From an uncultured bacterium (GTDB lineage: Bacteria; Patescibacteriota; Saccharimonadia; UBA4664), in contig CAVRET010000002.1 of the NCBI GenBank assembly GCA_963720265.1, positions 750,069-814,068 on the forward strand: 64,000 bases of DNA, written 5' to 3'. A program made the translations under genes and the position numbers. Below, one piece after another: positions 9,014 through 17,262 of this stretch. Position 1 is the first letter of the stretch. Every line of letters begins with the position of its first letter. The notes beneath the pieces were generated by a model, which saw only the letters and a program-made list of their open reading frames with translations, made no database searches and was not told where the DNA came from.

Positions 9014-9101
9014 GGCGTAAAGAATATTAAATACTAAATTAAAACCCTAATCAATAATACAACCATCACCGGGGCCGCGCATATCAGCACGCGGCCCCGG
9101 T
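9014..9101 (-). promoter_or_regulatory. terminator + sigma70 promoter repeat unit B
   Basis: Stem 9068-9101; TTGATT-17-TTTAAT; TTTACGCC. Confidence 0.75.
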
Positions 9102-9155
9102 TGTCTCGCCGTCCAGCCTGGGACCACGAGTGATTCACTCCGCCGTTTCCGATCG

Positions 9156-9659
9156 CTACTCGGGCTGACGCCACACGATCACCAGAACGCTGGCATCGGC
9201 CAGGCGGATCACGCGATAGTCATAAGGGGTCAGGCTCATCTCGGCCGCCAGCCTGCGCGCAGGAACCCAGAGCTGCGATTCCGCCAGGCGGGTACCGTTG
9301 AGCACCGAGATGCCGCGCTCCTGCGGGATGAGCAGTTTGAATCCGACCAGCCCCGGTCCCAGCCCAACCGGCCGCCCGCCCTCCGCCACTGCGAAGGTGT
9401 AGTCGTACTCCGGGAACTCGGTCAGTGCGTCGACGAGCTGGACCATGCCCGTCCGCGTTGCCAGGAGCTCTGAGCTGTGCAGGGCTACAAATTGATCGGG
9501 GTAGGCCGCGCTCACGTCCTGGGACCCCGCGCTGCCTACGAGCGCAAGCGTCCCCATGGCCAGCTCGAACGGCATCACGCCGCAAAAGAGCGGAACGCTG
9601 GAGTCGGTGTCGGGAATGCCGTACACCGTCACCACGAGCTTCATCGCCGTGTCATTCAT
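9156..9659 (-). CDS. hypothetical protein, tandem paralog 2
   Basis: LVVTVYG, YDYTFAV, LADASVLVIVW; AAGGGA SD. Confidence 0.75.
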   Translation of the reverse strand: MNDTAMKLVVTVYGIPDTDSSVPLFCGVMPFELAMGTLALVGSAGSQDVSAAYPDQFVALHSSELLATRTGMVQLVDALTEFPEYDYTFAVAEGGRPVGLGPGLVGFKLLIPQERGISVLNGTRLAESQLWVPARRLAAEMSLTPYDYRVIRLADASVLVIVWRQPE

Positions 9660-9684
9660 CGCCACATCCCTTCGTGTGTGCTGA

Positions 9685-9772
9685 GGCGTGAACAATATTA
9701 AATGCCCATATAGTCACTCGGTCAACAAAAAAACACCGGTGACCGCGAATACGTTCGCGCGCGGCCACCGGT
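9685..9772 (-). promoter_or_regulatory. terminator + sigma70 promoter repeat unit C
   Basis: Stem 9735-9772 (G-U pair on the minus strand) with U7; TTGACC-17-TTTAAT; GTTCACGCC. Confidence 0.75.
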
Positions 9773-9811
9773 TCTTCATCTGCACCCCTCTGAGCCGTTC
9801 TGGTCCTGGGC

Positions 9812-10279
9812 TTACATCGGCGTCCACTTTCGTACGACAACTATGGCTGCGCCGCTGGGCAGGGGGATTACCTCTACATCCGGGTTCCCGAATCCGATGC
9901 TTGCCGCGTCGGCCAGCTCGCGGACGATCTGGGCGAGCGCCACAGGGTTGGGCGCGTTGGCCACCTACTTGTAAGCCCACTCGCCGGTGAGCATGTGGAT
10001 CTGTCCGTCCCCGTCACTCACCTCATGCTCGAAGATGTACTCAAACAAACCGAACTGCCCCACGTCAGTGCGCGTCTCGCCAACCGGCAGCTCGATTAGC
10101 TCCGGCAAGCGCACCGAGTAGACACTGCCATCCCGCCGCTGCCCGTCGCAGAAGGGGTGATTGCTCACACGCGCGAAGTAGGGGAAGACGTCACCGGCGC
10201 CCATCCGGGCAGTCCCGACCAGCATGGATGCCACTTGGCCATCAGGGTCGATCCCCAGGATGGTCACGTTTACAGGCAT
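9812..10279 (-). pseudogene. tandem paralog 3 interrupted by an in-frame TAG at 9965-9967
   Basis: Past the TAG the frame continues ...VALAQIVRELADAASIGFGNPDVEVIPLPSGAAIVVVRKWTPM*, matching the paralog C-termini. Confidence 0.7.
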
Positions 10280-10388
10280 GTCGAAAAACTCCTCTCGTCT
10301 CGGCAGTCAGGTACGATTCGCGGGACACAATTATCCACCAAAATGAAGCATTTTTCAACTTTTTGAGTAAAGCCTTACAATCTATACC

Positions 10389-10925
10389 ATGACCACTTCA
10401 GCTGTTACCCGTTCCACCCAATCCGATGCCCAATGGCGTGCCGAAATTAGCACCTTCATCCGCCAAGCTAGCCGCAGCTTGCGCCCGCTCCTCATCGACT
10501 ACCTCTTCGACCCCGACACCGGCGAACTCGTGCCCCAGCGCCTCTACCGCTACCACGTCTACGATGATTACTTAACCCGCGACCGCGACGACTTCGAATT
10601 CGGCTTCGACCTCATCACGCGCGCCGAGCACATCACGAAACCGCGCTCCTATGGCGTTTACATCATCGAGCTCGACAACAACAAAAACCACCTCTACGTC
10701 GGCCAAACCTGGTACGAGCCGCACGAGCGTCTAGCACAGCACAACACCGGCTTCGCGGCCTTCCACGCCGCCCGCCCGTTCAAGCGCGGCAGCCGGGGAG
10801 TCCTCCGCCCGGATCTCTACTCGCACCTCCCGCGCTTCCGCTCTCAATCCCAAGCCGAAGAACTCGAAGCCCGCGTCGCCCATGAACTCACACGCCAAGG
10901 CTTCCGCGTCGAGGGCGGGCACTAA
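10389..10925 (+). CDS. GIY-YIG nuclease-domain protein
   Basis: YGVYIIEL...LYVGQT...ERLAQH...AEELE motifs. Confidence 0.8.
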   Translation: MTTSAVTRSTQSDAQWRAEISTFIRQASRSLRPLLIDYLFDPDTGELVPQRLYRYHVYDDYLTRDRDDFEFGFDLITRAEHITKPRSYGVYIIELDNNKNHLYVGQTWYEPHERLAQHNTGFAAFHAARPFKRGSRGVLRPDLYSHLPRFRSQSQAEELEARVAHELTRQGFRVEGGH

Positions 10926-11062
10926 GGTAACAAAGTCTAATACGAATAATTATAAAACGGCAGGTAAAGCTGTTGAAGCGGACACGCTTGAGGTGGTAGT
11001 GAAACAAGAAGATAATAAAGCTCATCATTATTACGGAATATTTCTTGGAGTCGGAGTCATGA
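10926..11062 (+). pseudogene. remnant of a DUF4258-like (RelE-type) toxin gene
   Basis: TLEVVVKQEDNK then, in a shifted frame, KLIIITEYFLESES*, whose TGA overlaps the DUF2283 ATG; no start codon; AT-rich. Confidence 0.5.
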
Positions 11063-11265
11063 AGATTACCTACGACAAACAGGCGGATGCGGCTTACATT
11101 AAGCTGACCAATAAGGCCAAATGCCAGGTTAGTCGCAAGGTGTCTGAAGACGTCATGGTTGACTATGCCGAAGGTGGTACGGTGGTGGGTATTGAGATTT
11201 TGGACGCTTCAAAGAACATGCCGCTATCGGTTAAACAGACCCAAGTGCCGATCGAAAGCGCTTAG
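11059..11265 (+). CDS. DUF2283 family protein (putative antitoxin)
   Basis: MKITYDKQADAAYIKL...VMVDY...VVGIEILDAS. Confidence 0.85.
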   Translation: MKITYDKQADAAYIKLTNKAKCQVSRKVSEDVMVDYAEGGTVVGIEILDASKNMPLSVKQTQVPIESA

Positions 11266-11284
11266 ATAACCATAAGGAGCACGC

Positions 11285-11623
11285 ATGGCAGCACCAACCA
11301 AATCGAATTTCGCAAAACCCGACCAAACAATGCACCCGACCGAAAACATGACAGTCGATACGGTGGAGCTCGGCGGCCACACGTTCTATCGCGTTACCAT
11401 CCAGCCAGGCTGGCGCTGGACCAAAGACCTGGCACCCGTCGTCGGCACCAAGACCTGCCAGATGGACCACCTACTTTATATCCTGAGCGGCCGGGTGGCC
11501 GCACGCGCCGATAGCGGCGAGGAAGTGGAATTTGCGGGCGGCGACTTAGCCAGCATCCCACCCGGCCACGACGGTTGGACCGTCGGCGACGAGCCGGCCG
11601 TCTGGATCGAAATCCCGCACTGA
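11285..11623 (+). CDS. cupin domain protein
   Basis: QPGWRW, CQMDH, IPPGHDGWTVGDEP; AAGGAG SD. Confidence 0.85.
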   Translation: MAAPTKSNFAKPDQTMHPTENMTVDTVELGGHTFYRVTIQPGWRWTKDLAPVVGTKTCQMDHLLYILSGRVAARADSGEEVEFAGGDLASIPPGHDGWTVGDEPAVWIEIPH

Positions 11624-11647
11624 GCCCGGTGCGACGGTAGCCTAACC

Positions 11648-12040
11648 CTAAAACTCCAGCCTAAACGTGGGGTGGTCGGTGAGATCGGGTAGCTGGTCAA
11701 AGTATTGGTTCACCTCACGGCCGACCCGCCGGCGGTAGTGGGCCACCACCCGCTCGCGCTCCGGACCCGATACCTCCACCACTGTAAACGGGTTTTTAAC
11801 CCAGCCGCGCCGTAGCTCGCCACGCCCGGCGGCGCGCAGATTGCGCACCCAATCGCTGTCGCCGCGCGTTGAAACCACGTATTTTTTACCCTCAACCGTC
11901 ACGGGTATCACGGCCGCCACCCTCACCACGCCGCTGCGACGGCCGGGAATTGCCACTGCCGGCGCACCAATTCGGGCCAGGAAATTATTCAGTTTGCGCG
12001 CTTTGCCATCCGGTTTGATATATTTGCGCGAATCCGCCAT
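11648..12040 (-). CDS. deazaflavin (F420)-dependent nitroreductase family (Ddn/DUF385)
   Basis: GRRSG..R, SDWVRNLRAAG, HPTFRL motifs. Confidence 0.8.
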   Translation of the reverse strand: MADSRKYIKPDGKARKLNNFLARIGAPAVAIPGRRSGVVRVAAVIPVTVEGKKYVVSTRGDSDWVRNLRAAGRGELRRGWVKNPFTVVEVSGPERERVVAHYRRRVGREVNQYFDQLPDLTDHPTFRLEF

Positions 12041-12167
12041 CCCAGATTTCCTTACTCAGTTACATTATGCACCAAAGAGGCGTCATTGCTTTTATATATT
12101 GTTTTTGTTCTAATATATCGACGCACATATAAATGTGAATAAATCCTACGACGGGATCGGTGGTTGC

Positions 12168-12908
12168 ATGACCGCGATCAACTACGAGTCCTACGATCGG
12201 GCCGTCTTGGCGTCAGTTGCCAAGTTTCTGGTGGACCTGACCCGTACCGCCGACGCACAGCTCACGCCCCGCGAAATCGTTGCGAAGTACAACGCTGTCG
12301 TGCCGCTGCTGAGATTGATTGCGACGGTTAAAACGTGCTCGCCCAGCACCATCCTCGACACTGTGCTTACGTTCCTGGCACAGCAGTGGCGCGCTGAACA
12401 GGGCCGCTGGCACAGCGAAAAGGGATCGGCGAACGACGACGCCTGCCATCTGTGGTTCTGGTACGGCGGGCTCGAAGGCGACATCCTGTGGGCACGGGTG
12501 AAGAAGGTGCCGGTCCAGGAGCGGCTGTACGTCATGGTGGAGCTGCTCGACGGGCTCGACCCAGACTGGCGGAAGTACGTCAAGCGCAGCTGGTGCCGGA
12601 GCGGAGTGCCAATCGTCTGCCAGGTGTTCCTGAATGGTGAAGCCACATCAATTCACCTGGTGCTGAAGCTCTGCCTCCGCCTCGGCATGTCCGAGCTGAG
12701 CTTGTCAGACCGAGACTGGTACAAAAGCGTCCAATGGCTCGCCCTCCGCGGACTCATCGCCCGCGACCTGCGAGCGGGAACCGGCGGGCGGGAGTTCGAC
12801 CGTAAACTGGCACTCGCCTGGTGGGAAGAGGCGCGCACGGGCCGCCCCAACCGCCGGGCGGTCCGCCGCACCTCGCCACTACCGATTCTCGCCAGGCGAA
12901 CCGCCTGA
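12168..12908 (+). CDS. orphan hypothetical protein, paralog of 359-1105
   Basis: WARVK, PVQERL..ELL, IVCQVF, LSDRDW...QWL, AGTG align with the first ORF. Confidence 0.7.
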   Translation: MTAINYESYDRAVLASVAKFLVDLTRTADAQLTPREIVAKYNAVVPLLRLIATVKTCSPSTILDTVLTFLAQQWRAEQGRWHSEKGSANDDACHLWFWYGGLEGDILWARVKKVPVQERLYVMVELLDGLDPDWRKYVKRSWCRSGVPIVCQVFLNGEATSIHLVLKLCLRLGMSELSLSDRDWYKSVQWLALRGLIARDLRAGTGGREFDRKLALAWWEEARTGRPNRRAVRRTSPLPILARRTA

Positions 12909-12913
12909 CACCC

Positions 12914-12960
12914 GACGGCCCATGAAGACGGCCCATGCCCGCTTCATGGGCCGTCTTCGT
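12914..12960 (+). repeat. 3' hairpin element copy 2 (two alternative stems)
   Basis: GACGGCCCATGAAG (12914-12927) / CTTCATGGGCCGTC (12942-12955); internal direct repeat GACGGCCCATG. Confidence 0.8.
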
Positions 12961-13006
12961 ATATATGCACATGCCTGGTTCGTGTGCGCTTTGTTACGAT
13001 GGTCAC

Positions 13007-13765
13007 ATGTCAGAACCACTCACCATCCTCATCACCGGCGCCAGCTCCGGGTTTGGCGAAGCCACCGCCCGCCTACTGGCCGAATCCGGCCACAATCTCG
13101 TGCTCGTGGCCCGGCGCAAAGACCGGCTCGATAAGCTCGCGAAAGAGCTCAAAACCAACGTCCACACCGCGTCCTGCGACATCACCAAGCGCGCCGATGT
13201 GGAGCGCCTCTTCGAGAATCTCCCACCCGCCTTCGCCGACATCGACGTGCTCATAAATAACGCCGGCCTGGCACTCGGCGCCGACCCCATGCCCAAAGCC
13301 GGCCTCGACGATTGGGAGACCATGGTCGACACCAACATCAAAGGCCTCCTGTACCTCACCCACCGCGCCGTCCCGCGCCTGATCGAAAAGGGCAGCGGGC
13401 TCATTGTAAACCTCGGCTCGGTCTCGGCCTTTTTGCCGTACAAAGGCTCAAACGTCTACGGCGCCACCAAGGCCTTTGTTCGCCAATTTTCGCGCAACCT
13501 GCGCACCGATCTGGCCGGCACCGGTGTAAAAGTTACCAACATTGAACCCGGCATGGCCCTGACCGAATTCTCCACTGTGCGCTATGCTGGCGACCAGCAG
13601 AAATTCGACGATTACTACAAAGGCACGTACCCGCTTCAACCCGAAGACGTCGCCCGCACTATCGTCTGGGCCATCGACCAACCGGCCCACGTCAACATTG
13701 ACAACATCGAGGTATGGCCGCTCGATCAAACCTACGGCGGCGCGGCCGTGCACCGCCGGAAGTAA
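13007..13765 (+). CDS. SDR oxidoreductase, YdfG-like NADP-dependent 3-hydroxy-acid dehydrogenase
   Basis: TGASSGFG, NNAGLALG, YGATK, IEPG motifs. Confidence 0.9.
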   Translation: MSEPLTILITGASSGFGEATARLLAESGHNLVLVARRKDRLDKLAKELKTNVHTASCDITKRADVERLFENLPPAFADIDVLINNAGLALGADPMPKAGLDDWETMVDTNIKGLLYLTHRAVPRLIEKGSGLIVNLGSVSAFLPYKGSNVYGATKAFVRQFSRNLRTDLAGTGVKVTNIEPGMALTEFSTVRYAGDQQKFDDYYKGTYPLQPEDVARTIVWAIDQPAHVNIDNIEVWPLDQTYGGAAVHRRK

Positions 13766-13772
13766 CGTCGCC

Positions 13773-13809
13773 AATAAAAAACGCCGGCACAGGTCCGGCA
13801 TTTTTTATT
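13773..13809. terminator. bidirectional intrinsic terminator
   Basis: AATAAAAAACGCCGG ... CCGGCATTTTTTATT between convergent genes. Confidence 0.75.
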
Positions 13810-13819
13810 CCAGCGATCT

Positions 13820-14350
13820 CTAGTTTGAGAACGGGCTGGCGTTGTTGGCGATCTGGAACCATTGCTGGCTCGCGGTACTCGCGTTGCAGGCGTTTTCATC
13901 GAGCTGTACGCCCACTACTGATGAATCGAGGCACTTGCCGGTAGCGACATTGAAGAACTCATTGCCGTTTACGATCACGAAGCGCTGGGCTGCCACAATC
14001 CCGTTGCAGGCAGCCAAGTTAATTGGGTTTCCGGCCGCCGTGGTGCTGTTTAAGCACTGAAACGATCCCGCCTTAGTGTCTTCAAGCGTATACGCAATCT
14101 GGGTGCCGTCGTAGTAACCGGCCCGGTTAATGTAAAACTTTTGGTTAAGCAGACCATTACAGTTGTCCAAAAGCACCTTTGAGCCGCTCGTAAAGCCACT
14201 CACTTCCATGCAAATGCCCGAGGTTGGGCTGCCAACTGACCATGCGCCGCTCGGAGGAGTGGTGGCCTCGGCTGTCAGCGGAGCGAGCCCGGCGGCGACT
14301 CCCATTACTGCTGTAAATATCCCGGCCATTGCTATGCGGTCAAGCCTCAT
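13820..14350 (-). CDS. secreted ricin-type beta-trefoil lectin
   Basis: Signal peptide; three C-L-x...C...Q-x-F/W subdomains (NQKF, AQRF, SQQW); GGAGG SD. Confidence 0.85.
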   Translation of the reverse strand: MRLDRIAMAGIFTAVMGVAAGLAPLTAEATTPPSGAWSVGSPTSGICMEVSGFTSGSKVLLDNCNGLLNQKFYINRAGYYDGTQIAYTLEDTKAGSFQCLNSTTAAGNPINLAACNGIVAAQRFVIVNGNEFFNVATGKCLDSSVVGVQLDENACNASTASQQWFQIANNASPFSN

Positions 14351-14477
14351 GAGCATTCCTCCTGTCTTAATTGGGTCCATCTTTGAGGTTAGCCCTTATA
14401 GAAGAGCAGTGTCAATTTAGAGCCATAATCAGTTTGGGCAAATGGCCAAAAATTTGTCAAAAGCACCACTTATGCAT

Positions 14478-14519
14478 TGTGGATAAGCTATTGACAAAAG
14501 CGTAATAATACCTGATAAT
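14478..14519 (+). promoter_or_regulatory. DnaA-box-like 9-mer plus sigma70 promoter
   Basis: TGTGGATAA (14478-14486), then TTGACA-17-GATAAT. Confidence 0.55.
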
Positions 14520-14587
14520 TGTACGTTGCAGTAGTACAATCGCACGGTGAAATTCCATCACGGAAAATCCCAGAGGAGAGTATCTGC

Positions 14588-15082
14588 ATGACCGATATCT
14601 GCAGCGAAGTCGAGCCGATCCAGGTCTTCATGATCGACGGTAAGCTCGATGTCAGTGCGCTTGGCAGAAGGAGTAACAGGCGACTCGGTGAGCTAATCAG
14701 TCATACCGGGCGCTTCGTAGCAGCGAGACAAAAGGAACGCCGCCGACTTGGCTGGCAGCTCCGGGACGTCTGGCGCCGATGCCGGCACCTGCCGCAACGG
14801 CAAAGCCCGTTCCAGAGCGCCGCCATAATGGCGTTCTCGTACTTCACTGAGCTTCACCAGATCGTCACCGAGTCCGGCAAGGTCCTGACCGGCGAAGCCA
14901 ACCGGCGCGCCTGGGTTGCCTACCTCGTCACTCAGATCGAAGGATCGACCGAAGCGGAGCTATTGCAACTCCTTCTGCTGCCAACGAATGCGGCGGCGGA
15001 AGAGGCTGAGCTCGACATCGTCACACAAGACGACAGCTATCTCAATGGCCTGCTCGCGACCTCAGAGAGACTATCGGTCTGA
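14588..15082 (+). CDS. orphan hypothetical protein
   Basis: GAGGAG SD, own promoter, downstream hairpin ~15124-15158. Confidence 0.65.
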   Translation: MTDICSEVEPIQVFMIDGKLDVSALGRRSNRRLGELISHTGRFVAARQKERRRLGWQLRDVWRRCRHLPQRQSPFQSAAIMAFSYFTELHQIVTESGKVLTGEANRRAWVAYLVTQIEGSTEAELLQLLLLPTNAAAEEAELDIVTQDDSYLNGLLATSERLSV

Positions 15083-15227
15083 CCACAATTTGGCCCCGGG
15101 CAATCCGCCCGGAGCTTTAAGCCGCCGGCGCTGCAGCTCCCGTCCACTGCAGCGCCGGCCCGGACCCAAGTTCACTGGCCAAATCACCAGCGAGTTTAGG
15201 GCCGGGAAGTGCTATTATCAAGCCATA

Positions 15228-15455
15228 ATGAGTACAGCCAAACGACTTTACCGCTCCCGGTCCGACCGCTTTATCGCCGGCGTTTGCGGTGGCATTGCCG
15301 AATACCTCGACCTCGACTCCACGCTGATCCGCTTAGTCGCACTCGTGCTCGTGTTTGCCGGCGCTGGAATTCTTGCCTACTTGATCGCTTGGGTAATTAT
15401 GCCGGAAGAACCGGTAAGCAATGATACTAAGGAGGGCACTGTCGCCAAAAGTTAG
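15228..15455 (+). CDS. PspC domain protein
   Basis: [22 protein letters not shown]...[11 protein letters not shown]. Confidence 0.9.
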   Translation: MSTAKRLYRSRSDRFIAGVCGGIAEYLDLDSTLIRLVALVLVFAGAGILAYLIAWVIMPEEPVSNDTKEGTVAKS

Positions 15456-15526
15456 CAAAAACCCCATTGCAACGCCCGCCCGGGCATGGCATGATTGCGG
15501 CCTAACTGAAGCAAAGGAACCGCAAT

Positions 15527-15943
15527 ATGAGCCAATTGTTTATCAATCCCTACATTAACTTTCAGGGCCACGCCAGAGAGGCCATGGAATTTTATCAGAA
15601 GGCACTCGGCGGCCAGCTCGACCTGCAAGCCGGCGTCGCCGGCCAGGCGCCCAAACCGGCCGGGCCAAACGACCCCGTCATGCACGCCCGGCTCGAGTCC
15701 GACGGCGCCATTATCATGGGCACTGACGGCATGCCCGAGTATCCGACCACCAAGGGCGACGACTTTGCCATAGCGCTCGGCGGCTCTGACGAAGAGCGCC
15801 TTACCAAGGCTTTCGAGATGCTAGGCGAGGGCGGCAAGATCAAGCAGCCGCTTACGAAAGCCGACTGGGGCGATATGTTCGGCTGGCTCGAGGACAAATT
15901 TGGCATCAACTGGATGGTCAATATCAGCAAAGGCAACAATTAA
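15527..15943 (+). CDS. VOC/PhnB-like protein
   Basis: NPYINF.G.AREAMEFY, MHARL, WGDMFG..EDKFGINWM. Confidence 0.9.
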   Translation: MSQLFINPYINFQGHAREAMEFYQKALGGQLDLQAGVAGQAPKPAGPNDPVMHARLESDGAIIMGTDGMPEYPTTKGDDFAIALGGSDEERLTKAFEMLGEGGKIKQPLTKADWGDMFGWLEDKFGINWMVNISKGNN

Positions 15944-15958
15944 TAGGAGGAAACAGCA

Positions 15959-16393
15959 ATAGCGGACGCAAAACTGGACCCCTATATCGCGCGTGACGGC
16001 GACACCAAGCCAATGCTCGAGTTTTACCACGGCATCTTGGGTGGCCAGCTCGACCTGCAGACCTACGGGCAATCGCCCATGCCGGCACCCGATAGTCATA
16101 AAGATAAGATCCTCCACGGCGTGCTCGAGGCCGGCGACCATATCACCATTATGGCCGCCGATTCACCGCCGGACATGCCGTTATCAAGCACCCATTCCAA
16201 CATCAGCCTCAGCCTCACGGGCCCGGACGAAGACACACTAAAAAAGGCCTTCGACGCCCTGGCGGACGGGGGCAAGATTACCATGCCCCTCGAAAAGCAA
16301 TTTTGGGGTGATCTGTTTGGCATGGTCGACGACAAATTCGGCACTCACTGGATGATTAACATCGGCGCAGGCGAACCGCAGCCCAAAGCCTAG
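15959..16393 (+). CDS. VOC/PhnB-like protein, apparent ATA start
   Basis: GGAGG 8 nt before in-frame ATA 15959; LDPYI...MLEFY, FWGDLFG..DDKFG.HWM. Confidence 0.8.
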   Translation: MADAKLDPYIARDGDTKPMLEFYHGILGGQLDLQTYGQSPMPAPDSHKDKILHGVLEAGDHITIMAADSPPDMPLSSTHSNISLSLTGPDEDTLKKAFDALADGGKITMPLEKQFWGDLFGMVDDKFGTHWMINIGAGEPQPKA

Positions 16394-17262
16394 AGCGCGT
16401 GCAGCTTGGGCAGCACTGATTTGCCAAGCTCATCGTAGGCCGCGAGATCCGGATCAGGGCCGTTGCGCAAAATGATATGCGACACGCCCAGCTTGGCCAT
16501 TGCTGCGGCTTGGCCAAGCAGCTCGTCCGGCTGCTTCGCGGCTGTCACCACGTCCATGCCGCCCAATGAGGTCTTTTCAATTTCATCAAAGTTGCGGCCC
16601 ACCTCATCACAATGGCGCCGCAGTACGTCCATCTTGTGCGCGAGCTCGGTCCCGCCAAAGAAGTTGCAGGCGTCACCGTACTGCGCCACCAGGCGCAGCG
16701 TCTTTTGCTCGCCACCACCACCAACCAGGATCGGCGGATGCGGCTTTTGCACAGCCTGTGGGCTGTTGAGCGGCCGCTCCAGGTTGTAGTGCTTGCCATG
16801 AAACGGCGTCTCATCTCCGGCCCACATCTGCTTTGCGATCTTAAGCGTTTCTTCCAGCTTCTCAAACCGTCCACCGGCCAGTGGTCGTGGCAAGCCCAAT
16901 GCCACGGCCTCATCCTCGTTCCAACCGGCGCCGACACCAAAATACGCCCGCCCGCCGGAGAGCACATCGAGCGTGGTCACGGCCTTTATAAGTAGCGCCG
17001 GCTCGCGGTAAATTACGCCGGTCACCATGGTACCAAGCATCACCTTCTTGGTAACTCCGGCCATAAAGCCGAGCGTTGTGTAGGCCTCGAGCATTGGATC
17101 GGTCGCCGGGCCTAGGTGGCCGATTTGCAAGAAGTGGTCCATAACCCATTCGCTGTCGAATCCGACTTCATCGGCCTTACCCGCAATGCCGCGCAGTGTT
17201 GCACCAATTTTCTCCGTCCCGCCCGGCCAGTCAAACCGGTTAATTTGCAGTCCTACTTTCAT
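16390..17262 (-). CDS. LLM-class probable F420-dependent oxidoreductase
   Basis: WVMDHFLQI, MLEAYTTLG, TTLDVLSGGRA, PPILVGGGGEQKTLRLVAQYGDACN. Confidence 0.9.
   Translation of the reverse strand: MKVGLQINRFDWPGGTEKIGATLRGIAGKADEVGFDSEWVMDHFLQIGHLGPATDPMLEAYTTLGFMAGVTKKVMLGTMVTGVIYREPALLIKAVTTLDVLSGGRAYFGVGAGWNEDEAVALGLPRPLAGGRFEKLEETLKIAKQMWAGDETPFHGKHYNLERPLNSPQAVQKPHPPILVGGGGEQKTLRLVAQYGDACNFFGGTELAHKMDVLRRHCDEVGRNFDEIEKTSLGGMDVVTAAKQPDELLGQAAAMAKLGVSHIILRNGPDPDLAAYDELGKSVLPKLHAL

Noticed and set aside
8472-9659. Thymidylate-kinase/P-loop resemblance of the tandem paralogs
   Set aside because: No GKS/T Walker A motif, and the third paralog does not support it.
8352-9772. CRISPR-like periodic repeats
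   Set aside because: Repeats are degenerate, ~670 bp apart and separated by genes; no cas genes.
9965-9967. Genome-wide stop-codon reassignment
   Set aside because: TAG, TGA and TAA all terminate well-conserved genes here (e.g. gap TAG, msrA TGA, gnd TAA).
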